Virus record (IMG/VR): IMGVR_UViG_3300035126_000982
DNA from: an uncultured virus (IMG/VR IMGVR_UViG_3300035126_000982)
Lineage: Duplodnaviria; Heunggongvirae; Uroviricota; Caudoviricetes
Length of the DNA stretch: 64,000 nt
Direction: 5' to 3' (one strand)
Below are positions 1 to 6,931 of this stretch, piece by piece (position 1 is the first letter of the stretch; every line of letters begins with the position of its first letter). Position numbers and translations under genes: made by a program. Under the pieces are notes generated by a model, which worked only from the letters and a program-made list of their open reading frames with translations, made no database searches and had not been told where the DNA came from.

Positions 1-74
1 TACTGAAGATCGGCGTACTGAAGATCGGCACCCGGTTCAATAGTGTACTCTTTTCCGTTAATGGTTTTTTTCAT
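1..74 (-). CDS. Pentapeptide-repeat protein, 5' part (runs off window start)
   Basis: ATG at 74 reads [24 protein letters not shown], identical to the start of the ORF at 50115. Confidence 0.8.
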   Translation of the reverse strand, partial: MKKTINGKEYTIEPGADLQYADLQ

Positions 75-146
75 AATGTTGTTTTTGAACTCACTAAGTA
101 TATCAGACTTTTGTTCTCTGGGTCTTATGAGTGGTCAGTTTTTAAA
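1..146. repeat. Inverted duplicate of 50043-50188 (upstream region plus 5' end of pentapeptide gene)
   Basis: Manual reverse-complement alignment: 145/146 identical, mismatch at 120/50069. Confidence 0.9.
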
Positions 147-343
147 CTGGCCAGGTAGGAAGTCCACCATTCAGGATCTTTTTGAATTTTCCAGTCAGGT
201 TCTGGCAGACCATTCTCCAAATACCAGTCGGAAATAGCCTGTGAGAGCGTCTCAGCGGTCTCTAGCTGCTTCTTTCGCCTTGTCAACGTCTTCATATGAT
301 GATTCCAGGTATTTGTGGGGTTTTGTGGATTCTTCTCGGACAT
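125..343 (-). CDS. Hypothetical protein
   Basis: 72-aa ORF in the local gene orientation. Confidence 0.45.
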   Translation of the reverse strand: MSEKNPQNPTNTWNHHMKTLTRRKKQLETAETLSQAISDWYLENGLPEPDWKIQKDPEWWTSYLASLKTDHS

Positions 344-458
344 GATGGATCTCAGATGCGCTGGATGAAAGAAGTAGCGAAATTTTGGTAATTATGAATA
401 TTATTGCTATGGGAAGAAAACATAGGGTAATTATCATTTTATGTGGTATTTATTGTAG

Positions 459-583
459 TGGGAAATCCGGGTGCTGCCCCCGATTCTGCCAGTTATGAAG
501 TTAAGAGGTAATGCTCCTCAAATACAATTGTATTGAACTTTCAAACTCCTAAGCTGGCGGTTTTACTGATAAACTAATCTCCC
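459..583 (-). tRNA. tRNA-Ile2/Met(CAT)-like gene with a 54-nt insertion in the anticodon loop (498-551)
   Basis: Acceptor GGGAGAT/ATTTCCC+A, D stem GTTT/AAAC, anticodon stem GCCAG/CTGGC, T stem TCGGG/CCCGG with non-canonical loop GGCAGCA; removing 498-551 gives loop CT-CAT-AA. Confidence 0.7.
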
Positions 584-669
584 ATAAAATTTCCATAGAT
601 TTTTATGGAGAAGAGGGCGAGGGGTGCTGCCCCCTGCTCTACGAGAGATTCGAGATACTCCTTTTCCAT
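574..669 (-). pseudogene. Truncated endonuclease-like gene remnant (MEKEYLESLVEQG...)
   Basis: ATG at 669 with AGGAG RBS, preceded by the same cassette found before intact endonucleases; stops after 31 codons. Confidence 0.45.
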
Positions 670-684
670 AAAATTTATACTCCT

Positions 685-780
685 TTAGTTGATTCGCAAT
701 ACTATTTATAAAAGAAAAGGACTCAAGAAGAGTCCCTTTCTACCTTATAGAATGCGAATCAACTAAGGTAAAAGTATTTA
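685..780 (-). promoter_or_regulatory. Late promoter-antisense sRNA-terminator-late promoter cassette (copy A)
   Basis: TAAATA 775-780; stem TACCTTA/TAAGGTA; 753-766 complementary to 685-698; hairpin 714-740; TATAAATA 703-710. Confidence 0.7.
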
Positions 781-817
781 GTAGATAATAAAAATTAATT
801 ATACACTAAACATTTAG

Positions 818-1110
818 CGTCTCGTGCAAGGCTCGAACTTGCGACTTATTGCTTAGCGTACCACTACAGATTTCCCTGCCAATCTTCCAATTGTTTGTGG
901 TCTGGACCATCCCTCCATCATATCCATAAAGACTTAGATGCTTCCCGTCTGGCCTCTACACCTTCAAGATTTCTCTTGCTTGGCTCGGGATTGCCATATT
1001 CATAAAGAACTTAGGTTTCCCCGAATTTGAGAAGTTACATTCATAAAATTTCTTCTATGAAGCTCCGTTTAACTTAAGGCAATTGTTCTAATCCACTGAA
1101 CTAACGAGAC
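818..1110 (-). tRNA. tRNA-Arg(TCT) interrupted by a group I intron
   Basis: Exons 1110-1076 and 856-818 join to GTCTCGT..ATTGC CT-TCT-AA GCAAT..TTCGAGC..ACGAGAC-G. Confidence 0.9.
857..1075 (-). mobile_element. Group I intron, 219 nt, IC3-like, no ORF
   Basis: 5' exon ends in U, intron ends in G; P1 CUU/GAG; P2 TTCATAGAA-GAAA-TTTTATGAA; AAATTCGGGGAAACC, GGCAATCCCGAGCCAAGC; P7-like GGCCA/TGGTC. Confidence 0.9.
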
Positions 1111-1199
1111 ATAAAAACCCCAAAACATAAAAACCAATAAAAACCAGTAATTCCTAAAAATTCCTAGATTTTACTTAGGTCTAAGGGGTTATTTTTGAT

Positions 1200-1558
1200 G
1201 GACCAGCCGTGATCGGACTTCATAAGAGCCCGCCAGAGGACTGATCGCTATCAGTGTTATTTAGACAAGGCCGGTGAGGTATCCCCATACGTTTCCAAAG
1301 TGTCACTGGTTCCCATTCTCCGTTTACTTTCCTTACCTTGTAAAAGGGTCTCCAATAGCTGTTCTTATCTCCCATAACAGAAGATGCAGATATCGCATCT
1401 GCAGAAGACAGTCCCATAAAGGAACCGCTGGGAATTCCACCCAGAACCCATAATAAGAGGATCAGGGGTGATCAGTCCCCCGACCTAAGAAAACTTAGGA
1501 TTTAATCAAAAGACCGGATTTCTCCAGAATTTTGCGATATGTGGCCCCTCAACCACGA
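1200..1558 (-). ncRNA. Candidate structured ncRNA(s) in the tRNA cluster
   Basis: GC-richer than flanks with dense hairpins (CTGGA-GAAA-TCCGG, CCTAAG/CTTAGG, CTGGG/CCCAG, TGCAGAT/ATCTGCA, GGGCT/AGTCC). Confidence 0.45.
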
Positions 1559-1565
1559 CTAAAAC

Positions 1566-1613
1566 TAGATGATTTTTTTTACATTGCAAGTAATTAAATT
1601 GCTGAATCACCTA
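1566..1613 (-). ncRNA. CAGCA mini-RNA unit 1 (inner anticodon-like loop TT-GCA-AT)
   Basis: Stem TAGGTGATT/AATCATCTA, CAGCAATT, inner TTAC-TTGCAAT-GTAA. Confidence 0.65.
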
Positions 1614-1615
1614 AA

Positions 1616-1729
1616 TCGGGGAAGAAAGATTCAAACTTTCACTGAACCGGCTCCCAAAGCGTATAATTGCGGTTAATATCTTAAACAAGATACCTTTTAC
1701 GGCGCCTCTATCAATTGGGCTATTCCCCG
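1616..1729 (-). tRNA. tRNA-Pro(TGG) with a 39-nt insertion in the anticodon stem (1661-1699)
   Basis: Acceptor CGGGGAA/TTCCCCG, T arm GAAAG-TTTGAAT-CTTTC; deleting the insert restores CCGGC-TTTGGGA-GCCGG. Confidence 0.75.
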
Positions 1730-1734
1730 GAAAC

Positions 1735-1784
1735 TAGATGGTCTTTTATGTACCCAAAACATATGAGAATTGCTGAACCATCTA
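1735..1784 (-). ncRNA. CAGCA mini-RNA unit 2 (inner anticodon-like loop TT-TGG-GT)
   Basis: Stem TAGATGGT/ACCATCTA, TCAGCAATT, inner TATGT-TTTGGGT-ACATA. Confidence 0.65.
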
Positions 1785-1797
1785 TGTGTTTATTTAT

Positions 1798-3264
1798 CTA
1801 AGCAAAAACCTCCCCAATAGCCGCATAACGGTCACTATAAACGGTATCGTTCATGGTGTCAACCGGAGTAACGACTTTATCAGTCATAATGGACTTAAGA
1901 ATCGAAGGACTACAACCAGACACAAGACAAGTACCAGTATCGTGGATAGTCATAGGGACGTTACCACCAATTGCGTTAACATTCCAGAAAACCAGTTGTG
2001 GCATCTCATAGCCTGCCTTTCGGTAGATTTTTTCAATTTGTTCAAAGTTAGTTCTCTTATTAGAACTACATGCCTGATCAAACTGCATATCAGAAACAAT
2101 AATTAGTTTCTGTGGCATATCCTCAGGTGCAACATCATTACTCATACCTGCATCAAGAACAGTTTTAAAAACGGCCATAAGATTAGTATTCATACCCCAG
2201 GCCGCACGGGAAAGATTCTCAATACGTTTGCCAATAGTAGAACCAACAATAGTTTGTAGTTCAGGACTTTCAGAAAAAGTCAGGAACCTATCTTTCCATA
2301 CAGGAGCAGTATTTCGCTCTGCAATATACATCGCAAGGGAGATGGAAACCGCCATAGGACGACCATACATCGAACCAGAAACGTCGGCAACTACTAGACC
2401 GTTAAATTGATTATCTTCCATATAATTAGGAAGTGCTTCCCACTGAAGATCAATGGTCTTGTCACCGCGAGCGCCCTTATAAAGATACTGTTCAACAATA
2501 TCATAAGGATACAAAGTAGAAGCATTGATTTTTGCTTCACCATTTTCGACAGCACTCAGATATTGGGCATAACGCTCGCCATCTTGCTTCTGGAATGCCT
2601 TACGGTACATAAATGCGGCGCGAGAAGGCACCTTGGAATAGTCAATTGCAGACCATTCTTTGGAGCACATTGCTTGCTCAACAATGCGAATTTGAGTGCG
2701 GAGATTGCTTAGAACCTTACGATATTCTTTTTCGGAAAGACCCAGATGTGATGCGATTTTACGGCCTAGGCGCTTGCTATCTTTACTGGAAGCATTGATA
2801 GATGGCAGCCACTTTGCGAGCAGAGAAACCTTACCATCAGTCTTCAGATGAAGACGGTCAAGATCAAGTTGTGCCTGAATTACATTAAGAACAGTATTCC
2901 AAGCAGGAGTATTTTCTAGAACAAGCAAGTCATCCCAACGACCATATTCTGGAACAAGAGAAACGAGTTTCACACCAACTTCGCCATTTTCCTCAACAAG
3001 ATACTTGAAAAGTTGACGGAAGATAGATCGTTCTCCCTGTCCTCCACGAATATCGCGTGCCCAGAAAAGAATACGGGTTGCAGTCTCAGGCTCTTCCTTA
3101 AAAGCAAGAGCAAAAAGTTTTTGGGCCTTATTAATGTCATTTCGACAGGCCGCGATCTGACCAAAAAGATCCACACAAGAATCAAGAGTAGACTTATAAG
3201 CCTTGGCTCCATTAAGAGTCTCGGTGGCATTCAGTTCAGATTTAATAGCAGTAATAAAAGTCAT
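1798..3264 (-). CDS. DUF2828-type protein, helical N-terminus plus C-terminal vWA domain (TROVE/Ro60-like architecture)
   Basis: Motifs RDIRGGQGER, YGRWDDL, AKWLPS, IDYSKVPS, MIDAS DVSGSM, SDMQFD, LVFWNV; probable start MTFITAIK at 3264. Confidence 0.8.
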   Translation of the reverse strand: MTFITAIKSELNATETLNGAKAYKSTLDSCVDLFGQIAACRNDINKAQKLFALAFKEEPETATRILFWARDIRGGQGERSIFRQLFKYLVEENGEVGVKLVSLVPEYGRWDDLLVLENTPAWNTVLNVIQAQLDLDRLHLKTDGKVSLLAKWLPSINASSKDSKRLGRKIASHLGLSEKEYRKVLSNLRTQIRIVEQAMCSKEWSAIDYSKVPSRAAFMYRKAFQKQDGERYAQYLSAVENGEAKINASTLYPYDIVEQYLYKGARGDKTIDLQWEALPNYMEDNQFNGLVVADVSGSMYGRPMAVSISLAMYIAERNTAPVWKDRFLTFSESPELQTIVGSTIGKRIENLSRAAWGMNTNLMAVFKTVLDAGMSNDVAPEDMPQKLIIVSDMQFDQACSSNKRTNFEQIEKIYRKAGYEMPQLVFWNVNAIGGNVPMTIHDTGTCLVSGCSPSILKSIMTDKVVTPVDTMNDTVYSDRYAAIGEVFA

Positions 3265-3273
3265 AGTTTTTAC

Positions 3274-3339
3274 AAGTTGATTGGTAAATTGTCTTTTACC
3301 TAAGTTGTTTTGGAGACAGTTTGTATGCTGTATCAACTT
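3274..3339 (-). ncRNA. CAGCA mini-RNA unit 3, in the DUF2828 leader
   Basis: Stem AAGTTGAT/ATCAACTT followed by ACAGCAT, inner TGTCT/AGACA stem. Confidence 0.55.
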
Positions 3340-3344
3340 TAGGC

Positions 3345-3392
3345 TAGATGGGTGGTTTCCGATAGTGAAGGATTTAATTGCTGTCCCATCTA
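3345..3392 (-). ncRNA. CAGCA mini-RNA unit 4
   Basis: Stem TAGATGGG/CCCATCTA followed by ACAGCAATT. Confidence 0.6.
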
Positions 3393-3437
3393 AAATGGCG
3401 TCTTTTTAGGCTATGTGCCTAACGACTTCCACCTTTT

Positions 3438-3485
3438 AAGTATCCCACATGTTCTCTGATTTGTCAAGAGGATTGTGCCAGTTGA
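3438..3485 (-). promoter_or_regulatory. Sigma70-like early promoter with upstream ACTGGCACA motif
   Basis: TTGACA (3467-3462) and TG-G-GATACT -10; ACTGGCACA recurs near 3916-3924 and 11286-11294. Confidence 0.6.
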
Positions 3486-3516
3486 TCAAGTGTCAAAACG
3501 TTAGATTAACTTTTAA

Positions 3517-3858
3517 TCAAGTTAAGTCATAAATGTATTCGGGTTTAGGTTTAGTTTTACTTAAACGCTTGAGAGATTCGTTAAATTCTAAATCACTACG
3601 CAACTCTTCTTTTGCTTCTTCTAAAGTGAGAAAGAAACCCTGGCCAAGAAACCCTCGACCTTCATTTAGAAAAGGTTTAATGTGGCTAGGTTGATATATA
3701 TCCGTCCACCAAAACCACAAAAATTTTCGTTGAACATAGTAAATTGTATTTCCACGTTCAACAACTTTTTTGATACGATAGTTTTTCATAGGATTTGGAT
3801 CTCCTGGTAGAAAACCTTCGCGGATAAGTCGGCCAGGAGGGGGTTCAGGTTTTTTCAT
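3517..3858 (-). CDS. Hypothetical protein
   Basis: 113-aa ORF downstream of an early-promoter motif. Confidence 0.65.
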   Translation of the reverse strand: MKKPEPPPGRLIREGFLPGDPNPMKNYRIKKVVERGNTIYYVQRKFLWFWWTDIYQPSHIKPFLNEGRGFLGQGFFLTLEEAKEELRSDLEFNESLKRLSKTKPKPEYIYDLT

Positions 3859-3926
3859 TTTAATCTCAACAACCCTTTAATTAAAGCACACCTCATCAAA
3901 TCTATCAAGGAGCATGTGCCAGTTGA

Positions 3927-4169
3927 TCAACCGGAGATCTCTTGCATAATCTCCGAAAGTCGCATCTGCGTATCATAAGACAAAGATTCTAGTTCTTTTT
4001 TATGATCATCGACCCGCTTTAAAAACCGCCAATATTCCTCTCTCACCTGATCAAAAGTAACGGCCCGATTAAGAATCAGCCAATCATAATCATTCTGAAC
4101 AACGGCAGCCGTGTCCATAATTTCAGAAGTCAGGGCCTTAAAGCGATTAAACAATTGTTCTTCGTTCAT
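3927..4169 (-). CDS. Hypothetical protein
   Basis: 80-aa ORF coupled to the upstream ORF. Confidence 0.6.
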   Translation of the reverse strand: MNEEQLFNRFKALTSEIMDTAAVVQNDYDWLILNRAVTFDQVREEYWRFLKRVDDHKKELESLSYDTQMRLSEIMQEISG

Positions 4170-4447
4170 TAGATATTCTCTAGTTCATTGGCAATGGCGA
4201 GGAATTTGCGGCGAAAATGTTGATTGTTTTGCCACTCACGATCAGCTTCATCGTCCCAGAACTGACTCAATCCTGGGTCTGGTTCATCTGGGACCAGCTG
4301 ATCCACGGTGGCGCGGAGGGTGGTGGCGGCAATGTGAGCCATACGAGCCGCCTCATTTGGGATGTCGGCGGGATCAAGTCCATATTCGCTTTGTGTTAGG
4401 GTGGTCAGCACCACCCGAGTATCTGAAGAAATGTCTTTCATAATCAA
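4169..4447 (-). CDS. Hypothetical protein, tandem paralog family
   Basis: Shares AA.LRA.VDQ and IA.EL motifs with the next two ORFs. Confidence 0.65.
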   Translation of the reverse strand: MIMKDISSDTRVVLTTLTQSEYGLDPADIPNEAARMAHIAATTLRATVDQLVPDEPDPGLSQFWDDEADREWQNNQHFRRKFLAIANELENI

Positions 4448-4731
4448 AACTCTAGTTCATCGGCAATAGCAAGAAGTTGATCCTGTGCCTGGGTATGTCC
4501 CCCATAAGCGGTTAGCCCAAGTTGATCTTTAAATTGAATCTGAAGTGCAGCAGAGCGAATAGCGGCGGCAGCAATCCATCTAGCATAAGAATCGGATTCT
4601 CCAGCGGACATCCGATACATCACATCACTTAGGACTTCCTGGGCAGAAGGAGAGAGGTTATCCAAGTGGCATTCCTCCATCGTTGAACTCACTAAGAGGA
4701 CCTTCAGAGTATTCATCCATAATATAGTCAA
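4444..4731 (-). CDS. Hypothetical protein, tandem paralog family
   Basis: LSPSAQEVL..AAAIRS..IADELE; true start probably internal. Confidence 0.6.
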   Translation of the reverse strand: MTILWMNTLKVLLVSSTMEECHLDNLSPSAQEVLSDVMYRMSAGESDSYARWIAAAAIRSAALQIQFKDQLGLTAYGGHTQAQDQLLAIADELEF

Positions 4732-4969
4732 TTTTTAGCTCAGAGGCAATTTCGTTAAGAGCATCAATACAATTTTGGACTCCACTTATAAACTCTGTTT
4801 TGGATTGTTTCTGGATCTCGTTTTTCCACTGGTCAGCAACAGCTTGAAGAGCAGCAGAGATCTGTGACCGACGAGTACCTTTAATGTCACCACATTGGAC
4901 TGGGCAATTTGTCCAAGCAGCGTCCCAGACTGTCTGGGTAATAGGAGATAAATCAGTCATAATCAGCAC
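4658..4969 (-). CDS. Hypothetical protein, tandem paralog family
   Basis: MTDLSPITQTVWDA..AALQAVADQ..IASELK. Confidence 0.65.
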   Translation of the reverse strand: MLIMTDLSPITQTVWDAAWTNCPVQCGDIKGTRRSQISAALQAVADQWKNEIQKQSKTEFISGVQNCIDALNEIASELKIDYIMDEYSEGPLSEFNDGGMPLG

Positions 4970-5178
4970 CTCATAAGTTCGCCGCCATGAATCTGATTTA
5001 ACTGATTCTGGTGAGAAGGGGGACCATAAGACGGGTCGATTTCATGTTTAAAAACCAGGGCAAGATGCCTCTCAATAATCTCTACCTGCTCATGAGTAAG
5101 AGACATACCAGATTGAGCCTCGCCGCGACGAAGTTCAAAATAACCTTGTAGCCAATAGCAAAATTCAGTTGATTTCAT
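4963..5178 (-). CDS. Hypothetical phage protein
   Basis: FCYWLQGYFEL..QVEIIERHLALVF. Confidence 0.7.
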   Translation of the reverse strand: MKSTEFCYWLQGYFELRRGEAQSGMSLTHEQVEIIERHLALVFKHEIDPSYGPPSHQNQLNQIHGGELMRC

Positions 5179-5253
5179 AAACCCCTAATAACTTTCAGTA
5201 TAATACCCCAATAAATCCATAAAAACCAAATAAGTAGACAGTTTAAAAAGTGT

Positions 5254-5427
5254 CTACTTTTTCTCAACAAAATCCTTGATCTGATCAGCCAGGACTTCGA
5301 TCTGTTCTACTGTAGGGAATGGAGTGTACGTGCCTTCCCTGGCAGCTTCTCTTTTATTTGCAAAATCTTCGGTAGCAATTAGTCTGGCTTCCTGAAAAAT
5401 TTGAAAGCGTAATTCATAAGGTGTCAT
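5254..5427 (-). CDS. Hypothetical phage protein
   Basis: MTPYELRFQIF..IKDFV with GGAG RBS. Confidence 0.6.
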   Translation of the reverse strand: MTPYELRFQIFQEARLIATEDFANKREAAREGTYTPFPTVEQIEVLADQIKDFVEKK

Positions 5428-5469
5428 TTGTTTTCTCCTGTGTTTGTGTGTGTTTGGCACTAGGGCCAA

Positions 5470-5544
5470 TCCGGTTATTAAGATTTGAACTTAAATTTTT
5501 CCTCCTCCCAAAGGAGGTGCCATACCAAGTTAGGCGATAACCGG
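5470..5544 (-). tRNA. tRNA-Pro(TGG), uninterrupted
   Basis: CCGGTTA/TAACCGG acceptor, CCTCC-TTTGGGA-GGAGG, TTAAG-TTCAAAT-CTTAA. Confidence 0.9.
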
Positions 5545-5567
5545 TTATAATCTATATAGCACACCTT

Positions 5568-6014
5568 TCAATCTTTGTGAACCCACGGGGCCTTTATGCC
5601 AATTTCCCCACCTAAAAGACTCTGAGCAGTACTTCCATCAGGCTCTTTTTCATAAAAAACGGCATCTTTAATAATCTTTTTTTGCTCTTCGGTATAATCA
5701 CCAGTTTCTATTTCTTTTAAAATAGTCTCATTGACCATATTAACCGGTTCAGGTTCTTCTAATTTCTCATAATTTTCTATTGCCTTATCAACATCCCTCT
5801 CGACCCTTTGATCAAGAAGTTCTGGGGTTTTTATAATGTACTCATTTAGGGTATTATCGATCCAGCCTCTTTTATGAAATTCTCTTTGAATTTCATCAAC
5901 CAGGGGCCATAATTTATCCTTGGGAATCTTAAACACCCTAGAAATAAATTCAATAATCGCCTCAATAATCAGGCTAATCTTGGCCCAATCAAAGATAGTT
6001 CGTTTGGTTTTCAT
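5568..6014 (-). CDS. Hypothetical protein
   Basis: 148-aa ORF. Confidence 0.65.
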   Translation of the reverse strand: MKTKRTIFDWAKISLIIEAIIEFISRVFKIPKDKLWPLVDEIQREFHKRGWIDNTLNEYIIKTPELLDQRVERDVDKAIENYEKLEEPEPVNMVNETILKEIETGDYTEEQKKIIKDAVFYEKEPDGSTAQSLLGGEIGIKAPWVHKD

Positions 6015-6271
6015 GAGTCCAGAAATCGTCGTTAATCATGTCATCATCATATGGTTCATGCATGAGTTCTTGGACTTTTAAATGCCAGACTCTCTCAAAC
6101 AAATCTCTATAATCTTCTTCTTTAATCATCGTTCAATAATTTTTCTAATGGATCACCACCGCCTTTTAAGATTTGACAGGCTCTTTTATAATACATATTG
6201 TTTGTATTTCCTGATGCCTCCATGGCTTCTTTGACTTTTTTCCAATTTTCTCTAGTTGTTTCGTCCAATGT

Positions 6272-6643
6272 TTAGTACCCGTGATTTTCGATGGTTTTTG
6301 TATAATGACGCATAATTTCTCCAGCAACAGAGTTTGCCTCATTTTCACAATCTGATCCAGATGTTGGATCTAATTCTGCCCCTGAAATTTTCTGCTTGTA
6401 ATGCACCATCTCATGAGCCAAAGTTCTCATCACGTCCAACGGATGTCTGTTAGCTATTTGAATTTTAATAATATCATTCATAAGATCAAAACATCCAAAG
6501 GTTTTGTTTTCAATAGAAAACTTTGGATCATTAATAATAACAATCTCTGGTAGATCATCTAGGCCAAGATAGTCCTTTACAAAACTAGTAAAGGACTGAA
6601 TCTGTTTTTCTCTAGACTCTACAAGAAATTGTTTGTATAACAT
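6272..6643 (-). CDS. Putative zinc metallopeptidase-like protein
   Basis: RTLAHEMVH (HExxH) and downstream ENEAN. Confidence 0.7.
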   Translation of the reverse strand: MLYKQFLVESREKQIQSFTSFVKDYLGLDDLPEIVIINDPKFSIENKTFGCFDLMNDIIKIQIANRHPLDVMRTLAHEMVHYKQKISGAELDPTSGSDCENEANSVAGEIMRHYTKTIENHGY

Positions 6644-6655
6644 TTTTAATTCTAT

Positions 6656-6901
6656 TTATCGAACTTCAAAGTCCAGCCTTTTTACTCCACGTTGTTTCCT
6701 CTCCTCTTGCCACATAAGATCCGAATTAGTCAGATGCTTATTTGAGGCCTTTTCATAAGACTCAAGCATAACCACCTGAGAAAGATCCAGGGCCGTGATT
6801 TTATCGTTGCGGATAGATGCCATATTTGGACACCCGCAGGTTCCAAAACCATGTACCTCATTTCCACACATTCTACATCTAATTTTAAGCATAAAAAACA
6901 C
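6656..6901 (-). CDS. Small Cys-rich hypothetical protein
   Basis: CxxC..CGCPN..LDFEVR. Confidence 0.6.
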   Translation of the reverse strand: MFFMLKIRCRMCGNEVHGFGTCGCPNMASIRNDKITALDLSQVVMLESYEKASNKHLTNSDLMWQEERKQRGVKRLDFEVR

Positions 6902-6931
6902 CTCAAGTTATTTAAACCTGAGGTATTTATA

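Noticed and set aside
498..551. Insert as a group I intron or hammerhead ribozyme
   Set aside because: 54 nt, no terminal G, no P7 or CUGAUGA core
3265..3336. N-terminal 24-aa extension of the DUF2828 ORF
   Set aside because: Overlaps mini-RNA unit 3; the ATG at 3264 is the more plausible start
1566..3392. CAGCA units as a CRISPR array or simple terminators
   Set aside because: Units conserve structure and a short internal motif, not a full repeat sequence; loops are 30-50 nt, unlike intrinsic terminators
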